Source of the DNA: Parcubacteria bacterium OLB19
GTDB lineage: Bacteria > Patescibacteriota > Minisyncoccia > Phycocordibacterales > UBA918
Reading direction: 5' to 3'
Length of the DNA stretch: 64,000 bases
Assembly: GCA_001567365.1 (NCBI GenBank)
Contig: JZEL01000029.1
Coordinates: forward strand, 17,525 to 81,524
Position 1 is the first letter of the stretch. Every line of letters starts with the position of its first letter. The position numbers and the translations under genes were made by a program. The notes beneath the pieces are model-generated. The model made no database searches. It was not told the origin of the DNA and worked only from the letters and a program-made list of their open reading frames with translations. Shown in pieces: positions 9,398-19,391 of the stretch.

Positions 9398-11197
9398 TTA
9401 CCAGCTGTAATTTCTTTTTATTTTCTTATCATTAGTTGTTTCCAACATCTCTCTAGTAAAAACAGCTACTTGTAGATTACTTTCTCTAGCTATAGTTAGC
9501 AACTTTTTTAACTCTTCATTTGTATCTGAAACTTTTACCATAATTGGATGTTGTATATTCAAAGGGATTGATACACCATCACTAGTTTCAATAGAATCAT
9601 ATTTCAAAAGTGATTTACCGCCTCTGACACCAAGTTCAGCTCCTAAATGAGCAATTGTATTTGCTATTTGCCATGATTCCAAATTAGCTTCTGTGTTATA
9701 GACAGCTACGGCCACCTTTCTTTCTTTTTCCTTTATTGACACATCTTTAGATTTCATCAACGGAAATAATTGTGTCTCACGGATTGGTTTATCTTCCAAG
9801 ATTGCAAATAGTCTTTCACCAAAACCAAAACCACAAGCTGGTGGCATACCGTGCTCAAGCATTTCTACGAATTCAAAATCTGGCATCATAGCTTCAGCAT
9901 CACCTCTTTCAATTAGAGTTTGTTGTAAATCAAAACGAGCTTTCTGCTCCAAAGGATCGTTTAGTTCTGAATAGCCATTTCCTACTTCCGTACCGGCAAT
10001 AATCGGCTGAAAGCGTTGTGTAGCACCAGGTTGCCCAACCACCTCTTTAGCTAAAGGCGAAACAAGTTTTGGATGATTGATTAAAAAAGCCGGACCAGCA
10101 ATATGTTTACGACAATACTTCCACAAAGTATCAGTAAGACGTTCGATATTATCTCCTTCGTACTTCACTCCAAGCGCATTTAATTTGCTTTTTATTTCTT
10201 CCTCATTGGTGTTTAGCAAATCTATATCAGTCTGCCTTTTAATCTCTGTTATGTAATCAACCTTAATCCACTCATCTGCCAAATCGAAGGTATGCTCTCC
10301 GCGTGTAAATTTGGTCGTGCCATATACCTCACTAGCAATCGTTCGATAAAGATTTTCCACTAAACGCATACCATCTTCATAATCAGCAAAAGCTTGGTAA
10401 AATTCCAAATTAGTAAATTCTTGTAAATGATTTGGACTTGTACCTTCATTACGATAAACACGACCAATTTCGAAAATCTTTTCAAAACCAGCTGATAGAA
10501 GCCTTTTCTGCCACAATTCCCCTACCGAGATACGCAGGAAAACATCAATATCAAAATCATTATGATGAGTTGCAAAAGGTCTAGCTTCAGCACCACCAGT
10601 TGTTACTTCTAGCGTCGGAGTTTCCACTTCAGTGAAACCCTGTTCCTTCATAAAACTCCTAGTCACATCCCAAAACTTTTCCTTACGCTTAAACATCTGA
10701 CGCAGTTCATCACGACCTAATAAATCTAGATATCTTTTTCTAATTCTCTCCTCCTCATCTTGTAAACCATGATATTTATCTGGCAAAGGTAGTAGACTTT
10801 TTGTGACCATGCGCCAAGATTCTACTAAAAGTGATTTTTCACCTCTTTGCGTCACAAACAGTGTGCCGGTTACATCAATAAAATCACCTCCATCGACCAC
10901 ATCTTTAAACAGAGAAAACGACTCTTCTGGGATAACATCTTCTTTAAACACCACCTGTAATTTACCAGTTGCATCCTGTAACACCACAAACATGATTGCC
11001 CCTTGTCCACGCACAACCATTACTCGCCCAACTATAGTGATAATCTTTTTCTCTATCTCCAAATCAGAAAACTGCTCAAGCACAGAAATAATTTCATGTG
11101 ACCGATTTACCTCTGCTGGATAAGGATTTATGCCTTTATCTTTTAAAATTTGCAGTTTTTTTAAGCGCTCAGCGCGAATTTCTTCTAGTGATGACAT
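9398..11197 (-). CDS. lysS: lysyl-tRNA synthetase (class II) with ~105-aa C-terminal extra domain (PTH2/DUF2000-like pattern)
   Basis: N-terminal OB-fold anticodon-binding domain. Class II motifs, with the core ending ...GFGFGERLFAILEDKPIRETQLFPLMK around residue 493. A further 106 aa follow: KVAVAVYNTEANLESWQIANTIAHLGAELG ... HPIMVKVSDTNEELKKLLTIARESNLQVAVFT. Confidence 0.85.
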   Translation of the reverse strand: MSSLEEIRAERLKKLQILKDKGINPYPAEVNRSHEIISVLEQFSDLEIEKKIITIVGRVMVVRGQGAIMFVVLQDATGKLQVVFKEDVIPEESFSLFKDVVDGGDFIDVTGTLFVTQRGEKSLLVESWRMVTKSLLPLPDKYHGLQDEEERIRKRYLDLLGRDELRQMFKRKEKFWDVTRSFMKEQGFTEVETPTLEVTTGGAEARPFATHHNDFDIDVFLRISVGELWQKRLLSAGFEKIFEIGRVYRNEGTSPNHLQEFTNLEFYQAFADYEDGMRLVENLYRTIASEVYGTTKFTRGEHTFDLADEWIKVDYITEIKRQTDIDLLNTNEEEIKSKLNALGVKYEGDNIERLTDTLWKYCRKHIAGPAFLINHPKLVSPLAKEVVGQPGATQRFQPIIAGTEVGNGYSELNDPLEQKARFDLQQTLIERGDAEAMMPDFEFVEMLEHGMPPACGFGFGERLFAILEDKPIRETQLFPLMKSKDVSIKEKERKVAVAVYNTEANLESWQIANTIAHLGAELGVRGGKSLLKYDSIETSDGVSIPLNIQHPIMVKVSDTNEELKKLLTIARESNLQVAVFTREMLETTNDKKIKRNYSW

Positions 11198-11232
11198 AAT
11201 GGCTGTAGTGTAACGGGAAAATGAGAAAAATA

Positions 11233-11270
11233 AAAGCCCCGAAGGCTACGCCTTCGGGGCTTTTATTTTT
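11233..11270. terminator. bidirectional terminator (aaaagccccgaaggc-tac-gccttcggggctttt)
   Basis: Perfect 15-bp stem. The same core (ccgaaggctacgccttcgg) recurs at ~29055. Confidence 0.65.
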
Positions 11271-11278
11271 CTCATTTT

Positions 11279-11770
11279 CTACTCAACCTTCAAGATCTTA
11301 TACTTCTGCTTACCAGCTGGAGTATCAAAAGTGAATTCATCACCCTTAGTCTTCCCCATCAAAGCTTCTCCGAGCGGTGACAAGTAGGACAATTTGCGCT
11401 CATGAATATTAGCCTCATCAGAACCAACAATGGTGTAGTTGCGAGTATCTTTCTCCTTATCCTTTTGAATAGTCACAACTGAACCCAAACCTACAACATC
11501 ACCTTTCTTCTCGTGCGCAACAATCTTAGCCTCCTTAATAACCTTTTCTAGATAACTGATTCTTTCTTCGATTGCTGCCTGCATATCACGAGCTTCTTGA
11601 TATTCGGCATTTTCTGATAAGTCACCAAGACTACGAGCATACTCTAGTGATTCAGCCACTTCTTTACGTCTAACAGTCTTTAAATGATCAAGTTCTTTTT
11701 TTAATTCCTCAAACTTTTCGGCGGTTAAAAATGCTTGTGTATCGTTCATATGCAATAAAAATTTATCCAA
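11279..11770 (-). CDS. greA: transcription elongation factor GreA
   Basis: N-terminal coiled coil and C-terminal FKBP-like domain. ...ARSLGDLSENAEYQEARDMQ... signature. Confidence 0.9.
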   Translation of the reverse strand: MDKFLLHMNDTQAFLTAEKFEELKKELDHLKTVRRKEVAESLEYARSLGDLSENAEYQEARDMQAAIEERISYLEKVIKEAKIVAHEKKGDVVGLGSVVTIQKDKEKDTRNYTIVGSDEANIHERKLSYLSPLGEALMGKTKGDEFTFDTPAGKQKYKILKVE

Positions 11771-11811
11771 TTATACTTACTTCGCCGTATCGGTCAAATC
11801 ACCAATAATGA

Positions 11812-13509
11812 TCATTCGTTATCAACCTTAATTCCTAAATATTCCGGTCGATTCTTCGACATCCATTCTACCACATCGCCCATGATTCTGGTGGCACCAA
11901 GCGCGTTACTCCTTGGAGCTTTATCCATCATCAAAATAAATGCATACTGTGGATTTTCATAAGGAAAAAAACCGGCCGCCCAAGAATTGACGTAGGCATT
12001 ACCAGCACCGATTTCTGCCGTACCAGATTTGGCAGCCACCGCTACATCATCACGTTCCAGACCTCTAGCTGTTCCACCATCATAGTTTACAGTCTTTCTC
12101 ATACCTTCGTGGACAATTTTTAGATAATCCTGATTTAAATGAAGATCAGTCATATTTCCTTGTTTACCCTTTACCACGTGTGGTTCAATCAAATATCCAC
12201 CGTTAGCCAAAGCTGAATAAGCTCTAAGCATTTGTATCGGGGTGGTCAAGAAACCAAACTGCCCAATAGCCGTAAAATACGTATCACCCAAGCGCCAATC
12301 ATCGTCAAACACTTCTTTCTTCCAAGTTGGATCAGGTACAACTCCAGCTTGCTCCTCTGCAATATTGATACCCGTCTTAGAACCAAGTCCGAACTTTCGG
12401 TAATACTCAGACATCTTGGTGATACCAAGACCTTTTTGATCACCAAAACCGCCACCGATTATGTAAAAGTATACATTGGATGAGAAAGCGATTGCCTCAC
12501 GCATTGTCATAGCACCATGAGCCCGCCAATCAGTGAAATGCGCAGGATTGTCTGGATTATAAGGATTAGGTACTACTATTTCACCAGTACTAACTATAAT
12601 TTTGTTTGGATCAATGATTTTTTCTGACAAAGCCGCGTAAGCTACAAATGGCTTTACTATTGACCCTGGAGTATAGGCACCACTTATGACTTTATTTAAA
12701 AAAGGTAGACGATCATCATTATTATAAGTTTCTATAGTTGCCACCTCATCACCGTCAGCCATCACTTCTGGATCATAACTAGGAAAACTAGTAAGAGCTA
12801 TCAATTCACCAGTATGAACGTCCATTATTGCTCCTGCACCACTACGAAATCCAGCTTTAGCACTAGAAGTGGAAATAATCTGATACATAGCCTCAGACAA
12901 CTCGGCATCGATAGATAAATGCAAGGGTTCGCCTGACACCGCATAATCAAGCGCATGTTCACTAATAACGTTATTTAAAGCATCTGCCACCACAATCTTG
13001 CTCCCATTTTTTCCTTTTAACAGATCATCATAGGCAGCTTCCACTCCATTTCTACCAAGATACTCAGTACGAAAATAAAATCCACGATTATCTTTCTTTG
13101 GATAACTTACATATCCAAGCACCTGACCCAAACCAAGTCGATCAGTGTAAGCTCTGATTGGAAAATCATAATGACCACTCTGGTCTACTTCGTTCCAAAC
13201 CACCATTTCCCCTTTACGGTCGTAGATAACTCCTCTTTCGGCAATAATAGTACTTCTATCCACCGTATTTGATTCAGCAATAGCCAAAAACTCCTCACCT
13301 TTGGTGACCTGCAAAACGTAAACCTTACTTAAAAAAAAGACCGCTACCAAAACAAATACCACCCCAACTTTATATATACTCTTGTTAGGAATTGGTAATT
13401 CTCTTTTACCTTCTAATCGATCAAGATCTAACCCTAGAATATTGGTTGCGTCCAGCAAAACCTCATCTACCTCGACTTGATTTTGTCTTTTTTTACGAAA
13501 CCATCTCAT
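11812..13509 (-). CDS. mrdA: penicillin-binding protein 2 (MrdA, elongasome transpeptidase)
   Basis: Class B PBP motifs SxxK (GSIVKPF), SxN (FSSNVYF), K(S/T)G (AKSGTAE). Directly downstream of mreBCD. Confidence 0.8.
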   Translation of the reverse strand: MRWFRKKRQNQVEVDEVLLDATNILGLDLDRLEGKRELPIPNKSIYKVGVVFVLVAVFFLSKVYVLQVTKGEEFLAIAESNTVDRSTIIAERGVIYDRKGEMVVWNEVDQSGHYDFPIRAYTDRLGLGQVLGYVSYPKKDNRGFYFRTEYLGRNGVEAAYDDLLKGKNGSKIVVADALNNVISEHALDYAVSGEPLHLSIDAELSEAMYQIISTSSAKAGFRSGAGAIMDVHTGELIALTSFPSYDPEVMADGDEVATIETYNNDDRLPFLNKVISGAYTPGSIVKPFVAYAALSEKIIDPNKIIVSTGEIVVPNPYNPDNPAHFTDWRAHGAMTMREAIAFSSNVYFYIIGGGFGDQKGLGITKMSEYYRKFGLGSKTGINIAEEQAGVVPDPTWKKEVFDDDWRLGDTYFTAIGQFGFLTTPIQMLRAYSALANGGYLIEPHVVKGKQGNMTDLHLNQDYLKIVHEGMRKTVNYDGGTARGLERDDVAVAAKSGTAEIGAGNAYVNSWAAGFFPYENPQYAFILMMDKAPRSNALGATRIMGDVVEWMSKNRPEYLGIKVDNE

Positions 13510-13804
13510 CGTTTTTAGTATACATCAATAACGACGGTTTTAGTAAATCAACCAAAAACACCGCACTGATAGTAATAATACTAAGTATTGGTATAGAATT
13601 AAAAGCACCAAAATAACCATCGGTCAATATCGCTACCAAAATCAATTCATAACCAGTAAATTTAAACATATACCAAAGAGCAATCGGTATTACCAGCCAA
13701 TAAAGTGGAGTAATGATTAAAAAAGTTATTAAAATAAAAAGTAAAATTCGCAACATACAATCACTGATTAATCGTACCTGTAGCAGTAGTGGAAGAAATT
13801 TCAT
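13493..13804 (-). CDS. mreD: MreD-like rod-shape protein (polytopic small membrane protein)
   Basis: 103-aa hydrophobic protein between mreC and mrdA. Assignment rests on position and hydropathy only. Confidence 0.4.
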   Translation of the reverse strand: MKFLPLLLQVRLISDCMLRILLFILITFLIITPLYWLVIPIALWYMFKFTGYELILVAILTDGYFGAFNSIPILSIITISAVFLVDLLKPSLLMYTKNDEMVS

Positions 13805-14762
13805 CCGCAGGAGTACTGGAAGCGGTGGTTGTAGCTAATTCAGCCTTAATCTTGGCGGAAATTGATTCTATGGTTGTGTCACTCATAAGCATCTTTTGTC
13901 TAATTGCATTTTTAATCGTTTCTTCGATATCATATTCGGTTTTTGGTTCAACTGCCTCAATATCAATAGATACATAAAAAATACTATTCATCGCTGTCGG
14001 CGGGGTTACATAACCATACTGTTCTGGTTGAGTAGGATGATTTTCTACTGAAATGATTTCACCATAGACTCCGTTAGACACCCCTGGCAATAACACCAAC
14101 TGTCCAACAGTAAGTGGTACTCCTTGTGGTAACTTTACCCGAGCCACTCCTCCACCCATACCTTCAAGAGTACTAAAAACATTAGGACCAATTACATAAG
14201 CAGTTGATTCAAAACCAGGTGTAGTAAATAATTCTACAAAAGCATACTTAGAAGACACTTCTGCCACTACTCCAATAACAGAATCTAATCCTGAATAAAC
14301 TGGCACACCGACCGACACTCCATGATCAGAACCTCTGTCAATCTGCATTAAATCATAAGCTAGGCTATTTGGGCGCGCTATTACCCTAGCCACCAAACGA
14401 TCGCTAGAACTACTCACATTAGCCAGAGCTCTAAGTTGCATATTCTCTTCCAACAATCGATCAATAGAAAGTTGTGTGCCGGTCTCGGTTACCAATTCTG
14501 CTCTCAGAGTTTCAAGTTCATTTACCAATTCTGCTCTCGAACGTAAATAAGTGGGAAAAACTCCATCTGAATTTTTTACCCAAGCAGTAGTAGCATGAAA
14601 AGGATACAAAACAACCATTGACACCTTAGACACAAGCCAAGGTAATAACAAACCGATTACCACCAAAAAAATGGAGGTAAAGAACCAAAACCGTCGCCTT
14701 TTATGTAAGGTACGGGGATAATTCACCTTCGTTATCGATGAGTACTTCTTCATATTGTTCAA
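13761..14762 (-). CDS. mreC: rod shape-determining protein MreC (with Ser/Thr-rich C-terminal tail)
   Basis: N-terminal TM, coiled coil (LRSRAELVNELETLRAEL) and beta-rich MreC domain. Follows mreB. Confidence 0.8.
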   Translation of the reverse strand: MNNMKKYSSITKVNYPRTLHKRRRFWFFTSIFLVVIGLLLPWLVSKVSMVVLYPFHATTAWVKNSDGVFPTYLRSRAELVNELETLRAELVTETGTQLSIDRLLEENMQLRALANVSSSSDRLVARVIARPNSLAYDLMQIDRGSDHGVSVGVPVYSGLDSVIGVVAEVSSKYAFVELFTTPGFESTAYVIGPNVFSTLEGMGGGVARVKLPQGVPLTVGQLVLLPGVSNGVYGEIISVENHPTQPEQYGYVTPPTAMNSIFYVSIDIEAVEPKTEYDIEETIKNAIRQKMLMSDTTIESISAKIKAELATTTASSTPADEISSTTATGTINQ

Positions 14763-15774
14763 AATTTTCTATTACAATACCAGCCCCGCGCACCACCGAA
14801 CGTAATGGATCAGGCACAATAATTACTGGTACCTGTAAATTTTCTTCCAACAAATCAGCCAATCCCGGAATCAAGGCACCACCTCCGCAAACATGAATTC
14901 CCCTTTGCATTACATCAGCCAAAACTTCCGGTGGCGTTTTTTCCAACACCGCTTTAGTGGATTCTATAATTGTATCAATTTGTCCAGCCACCGCATCCTT
15001 CACATCACCAGCAGTGATAATTACCTCCCGAGGTAAACCAGTCATAACATCACGTCCTCGTATCACCATCTCATTACTACTACCATCAAATTTTACCGAT
15101 GCCAGAGCAATCTTAGCCTCTTCAGCCGTTTTCTCGCCAACATAAACTTTAAATTGATCACGAATATAAGAGGCTATAGCTGAGTTTAAATGATCTCCAG
15201 CCACACGTAAATTTTTTGCCACCACAATTCCATTTAGTGAAATTACTGCTATATCAGTAGTACCCCCACCAATATCAATAATCATATTACCAGCGGCTTT
15301 ACCTACCGGTAATTTTGCACCAATAGCAGCTGCCATCGGTTCTTCAATTAAAAACACATCACGAGCTCCGGCATTTTTAGCAGCATCGCGAGCTGCTCGC
15401 ATCTCAACATTAGTAATACCAGAAGGCACACCGATTAACATACGCGGAGCAATAAAAGATTTCACATCACTCTGGACTTTGTTAATCAAATATCCGAGCA
15501 TTTCTTCTGTCACCTCAAAATCTGATATCACACCATCAACCAAAGGTCGTACCACTTCAATATGTTGCGGAGTTCGTCCTTGCATAGATTTTGCATCCTG
15601 ACCAACAGCCACCAGCTGACCGGTTTTCTTATTAACAGCCACAATGGTTGGTTCATTCAATACAATACCTTTATTTTTTACATAAACTAATGTATTAGCG
15701 GTACCTAAATCAATAGCAATATCAGTCGAAACCACTGATAAAAACTTATTTAAATTTTGGGTTAAAAAACTCAT
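14701..15774 (-). CDS. mreB: actin homolog MreB
   Basis: IAIDLGTANTLVYVKNKGIVLNEPTIVAV ... IGGGTTDIAVISL ... canonical MreB motifs. Confidence 0.9.
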   Translation of the reverse strand: MSFLTQNLNKFLSVVSTDIAIDLGTANTLVYVKNKGIVLNEPTIVAVNKKTGQLVAVGQDAKSMQGRTPQHIEVVRPLVDGVISDFEVTEEMLGYLINKVQSDVKSFIAPRMLIGVPSGITNVEMRAARDAAKNAGARDVFLIEEPMAAAIGAKLPVGKAAGNMIIDIGGGTTDIAVISLNGIVVAKNLRVAGDHLNSAIASYIRDQFKVYVGEKTAEEAKIALASVKFDGSSNEMVIRGRDVMTGLPREVIITAGDVKDAVAGQIDTIIESTKAVLEKTPPEVLADVMQRGIHVCGGGALIPGLADLLEENLQVPVIIVPDPLRSVVRGAGIVIENFEQYEEVLIDNEGELSPYLT

Positions 15775-15789
15775 TGATTTACTATATTA

Positions 15790-17053
15790 CTACGTATTCG
15801 GATCACTATCAAAATCACCAAACAATTCCTCTTCCGACAAGAAACGTACTTCACCTGTACTTCTGGTTACAACTTCAAATTTTCCTTCCTCTTTAGTCTT
15901 TTTACTAACAACCACTCTGTACGGTACACCAATCAAATCACTATCAGCAAATTTTTTCACCTACACGCGCCTCTCGATCATCGTACAAAACTTCTACACC
16001 CTTATCTTTAAGACTATTATAAATACCGTCAGTAAAATCAACAATTGACTCATCTTCTCGATTTAAACCAACCAAATGAACCTTGTATGGCGCAATATTT
16101 TCAGGCCATATTATTCCCTTCTCATCAGCCAACTTTTCAACCACCACTCCCATTACTCGAGTAACACCAATTCCATAAGATGCTAAATAGACAAACTTAT
16201 CCTCTCCATCTGCATCTTTGTATGTCACATTCATCTGTTCACCTTTTTCAGTACCAAACTTAAAAATATTTCCAACCTCTGCGCTTTTTACCGATTCTAA
16301 TTCATTCTTGGCAATACCAATTTCCGAAGAAGCATCATCAAGCACTTCTTCATTAACAGCAATATTTTTTGCCTTATTAACATAAAGCACATCTTCCCCT
16401 GCCTCACAAATAGTTTGAAACTCGTGACTAAATTTTGTAAAAGCGCCACCGCCAGCAAAAGTGACATAAGTATCTTCGCCAAGACCAAGTCTCTGGTAGA
16501 TTCGTTTATAGGCTTCAATTACCTTGTCATAATAATCATCCATATCGGCTTTTGAGGCATGTAATGAATACATGTCTTTCATCACAAACTCACGACCACG
16601 CATAATACCGCTCTTTGCTCTTAATTCATTACGGAGTTTTGTTTGGAATTGATAGACACTAATAGGTAAATCTTTATAACTATTTATATAGTTACCCATC
16701 ATCGTCATAATTGCCTCTTCATGAGACCAACCTAAACCCAATTCATTTCCATCCTTCAATTTAGTTTTAAACCAAACATCAACCACCTCATCACTCCAAC
16801 GACCGGTTGATTGCCAGACTTCAGGTGGTTGCAAACTAGTCATTATCAATTCTTGACCACCAATAGCATTCATCTCTTCTCGTATAATTTGTTTGATTTT
16901 ATCTAAAACCCTAAGACCAAGTGGTGTGTAAGCATAGACTCCAGCCATGACCTTGTACACAAAACCAGCTCTGATCAACAACTGAGCATTCTTTGCGGTT
17001 TCATCTGCCGGACTCTCCCTTCTGGTTTTGGTAAAAAGTTTTGATTGTCGCAT
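15790..17053 (-). CDS. proS: prolyl-tRNA synthetase (short bacterial form) interrupted by a 1-nt homopolymer frameshift at ~15953-15958
   Basis: The track ORF ends ...REARVGEKIC*. The next frame continues DSDLIGVPYRVVVSKKTKEEGKFEVVTRSTGEV..., the canonical ProRS anticodon-binding C-terminus. Removing one A from the A6 run restores ...GEKFADSDLIGVPYR. Confidence 0.8.
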
Positions 17054-17074
17054 AAGCCTATTTTATAAGAAGAA

Positions 17075-18168
17075 TTAATTGCTAAAGATTCTAACGATGT
17101 CGTTATAAGTTACCACTATCATCAAAAGCATCAAGAGGGCAAAACCAACTAGGTTTAATCGCCCAGCCCAAACTGGATTTATTGGTCTTTTGATTATCGC
17201 CTCTATAGCCACAAATAACAACCGTCCTCCATCGAGCGCTGGTACTGGTAGGAGGTTAATAATTGCTAAATTAAGAGAAATAATAGCTGTGAAGGAAAGT
17301 AAGGCCACCAAACCGAAATCAGCAGCATCTCCAACCATACCTACGATTCCAACCGGTCCGGCAACTTGCGATAAATCCGCCTCACCAACAACCGCTTCAG
17401 ACAATAATGTAAATAAGCCAATTGTGATATTTTTCAACCCTTCTCCAGTTGCGACAAAGGATTGTGTTAGAGCCTCAGAAAACGATCTTTCCACATTTTC
17501 CACCATCGCTAAAGAAACACCGATAGCTACCTTATCTTCTTGACCAGCAATTAATCCTTTTTTGGTTCTACTTCTATAACTCCTTCCTTATCACCGTATC
17601 GGTAATTAATTACTAAAGTTTCTGGGTGTGCCTGAACAAAACCGGTAAAAGTTGAAGGTTTTGGATTCTCTAGCACATCAGCACCAGACCTAACGCTAAT
17701 AATCTCAGAACCTGGAGATAACTTATCAGTCAAAGGACTATTTGGTAACAATCCTGAAACATATAAAACCGCCTCTGGTGAAGCTTCTTTTTCATCAACC
17801 GCAGTCGGCATCCCGATCATAAAAATGATCAAAAATAAGAACCAGGCAAAAATCACATTCATGGCAACACCAGCAATTAAAACCAGTGCCTGTGCCCATT
17901 TTGGTCTTGAACCAAAGGCTCTAGCTTTATCCGGATCATCATCGGGAATCTCCTCAAGATTTTCACCAAAAATCCTTACAAACCCACCGATTGGTAGAGC
18001 ATTAAAAGTATATTCCGTTTCACCTTTCTTAACTCCAAACATTTTGGGAGGAAAACCAATACCAAATTCATCGACCCGCATGCCGGTTTTCTTGGCTACG
18101 ATAAAATGCCCCCATTCGTGTACCAAAATGAGTACAAATAAAACTAGAAGAAATAAAATGACGGACAT
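17075..18168 (-). CDS. rseP: RIP metalloprotease RseP (site-2 protease) split by a homopolymer frameshift at ~17558-17563
   Basis: N-terminal piece has HEWGH zinc motif and PDZ. C-terminal piece has AGPVGIVG ... LNLAIINLLPVPALDGG. The upstream frame of the second ORF reads ...KKGLIAGQEDKVAIGVSLA, overlapping the first ORF end (..EVEPKKD*) across a T6 run. Confidence 0.75.
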
Positions 18169-18169
18169 A

Positions 18170-18712
18170 TTATTTTTGTAGTTCGCGTTCTTTGTTTACA
18201 AACAAACCTTCCAGATCATTATTAGTTTCCTCTACCGCCTTCTGAACAGCCTCCTTGTAGGTAAATTTGTCATCCTCTCCAATCTCGTTAGCTTTAAATT
18301 GGCGTTCGATTTCTTTCATTTCATCATCACGAATAGAACGTACAGAAATACGTGCATCTTCCAGTTTACTCTTTGCCAACTTTAAAAGTTGAACTCTTCT
18401 TTCACTTGTAAGTTCAGGAAAAATTACTCTCAAACCAGAAGAGTCAGTAACGACCGACACTCCAAGATCAGCGTCCCTAACAGCTTTTTCAATTGCTACC
18501 ACCTGACTAGCATCCCAAGGTACCACCCTTAAAGTTCTTATGTCTTCAATACTGATTGATCCAACTTGTTGCAACGACATTAAAGTACCGTAACTTTCAA
18601 CCCTAACGCTATCCAAAATTGCCGGACTAGCTTGTCCTGTTCTGATACCAGCATATTCCTTAACCAACCAATCAATCACTTCTTTAAATTTTTGCTTCAT
18701 TTCCGTATTCAT
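18170..18712 (-). CDS. frr: ribosome recycling factor
   Basis: 180 aa. Conserved Frr sequence throughout (…IRTGQASPAILDSVRVESYG…). Confidence 0.9.
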   Translation of the reverse strand: MNTEMKQKFKEVIDWLVKEYAGIRTGQASPAILDSVRVESYGTLMSLQQVGSISIEDIRTLRVVPWDASQVVAIEKAVRDADLGVSVVTDSSGLRVIFPELTSERRVQLLKLAKSKLEDARISVRSIRDDEMKEIERQFKANEIGEDDKFTYKEAVQKAVEETNNDLEGLFVNKERELQK

Positions 18713-18749
18713 ATCTTTTTTTAATTACAACCTATAGTTTAGCATTTTA

Positions 18750-19382
18750 TTATTTTTCTGCAGTATAAGGTATGGTGAGTGCAATTTCCTCTAATAACAT
18801 CTTATTTGAGGCCCCTCTCATTCCAAGATTCATTACACTCATTTGCAAAGTGAGTATTTTTTCTGATTTAAACAATAATAATGATGAGGTCAGCCAATCA
18901 GCTACACCGGATTTTATATCCTTTAACCATACCTGGTCATCTTTATCCAATTTCTTAGCAACAAGTAACAATCTATCCTTATATGGTAAATCAACAAATT
19001 CAGAAAAACTTTGATTTTTATCTACCCTATTCTCTGCTATTTTGTACTCTAGAAACCTTGACTTTAAAGTTGGTATCAAGATATTAGCCCTCGGTACAAT
19101 AAAAAGAAAAACGGTTGAAATTGGTGGCTCTTCTAGAATTTTTAACAAAGCTTGTTGTGCCTCGATAGTAAAATTTCCAACTTTCACCACAATAAGTTTT
19201 TTGCTATTTTCACCAACTGGTTGAATGTAGGCTTTTTTAATCAAATTACGTGAATCGTCAATTCCAAACAAATCGACATTCAGCTTTTCAATATCATGAA
19301 AGTTATGTATCAACAAGAAGTCCGGCGGTAAGCTAGAAACATCCAAATCAGCATAAATTATATAAGAATGATGAGTTAGCAT
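18750..19382 (-). CDS. holB: DNA polymerase III delta'-like subunit lacking the N-terminal P-loop region
   Basis: ALLKILEEPPISTVFLFIV....IPTLKSRFLEY matches the delta' sensor region (LLKTLEEPP...TI.SRC). Only 210 aa. Confidence 0.5.
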   Translation of the reverse strand: MLTHHSYIIYADLDVSSLPPDFLLIHNFHDIEKLNVDLFGIDDSRNLIKKAYIQPVGENSKKLIVVKVGNFTIEAQQALLKILEEPPISTVFLFIVPRANILIPTLKSRFLEYKIAENRVDKNQSFSEFVDLPYKDRLLLVAKKLDKDDQVWLKDIKSGVADWLTSSLLLFKSEKILTLQMSVMNLGMRGASNKMLLEEIALTIPYTAEK

Positions 19383-19391
19383 CGCACTATA

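Noticed and set aside
15944-15960. Programmed ribosomal frameshifting as explanation for the proS, rseP, atpI and similar interruptions
   Set aside because: No slippery heptamer or stimulatory structure. Events are +1 and −1, always at simple A/T runs, and affect a dozen unrelated genes. Technical homopolymer error is far more parsimonious.
17190-18181. Plus-strand ORFs 17190..17543 and 17825..18181 (and similar antisense ORFs at 19858..20292, 23095..23640, 24766..25465, 54002..54788)
   Set aside because: They lie entirely within, and antisense to, well-supported genes (rseP, the hypothetical, the 763-aa protein, the ATPase, atpB) and show low-complexity Ser/Thr/Ile-rich translations typical of antisense frames in AT-rich DNA.
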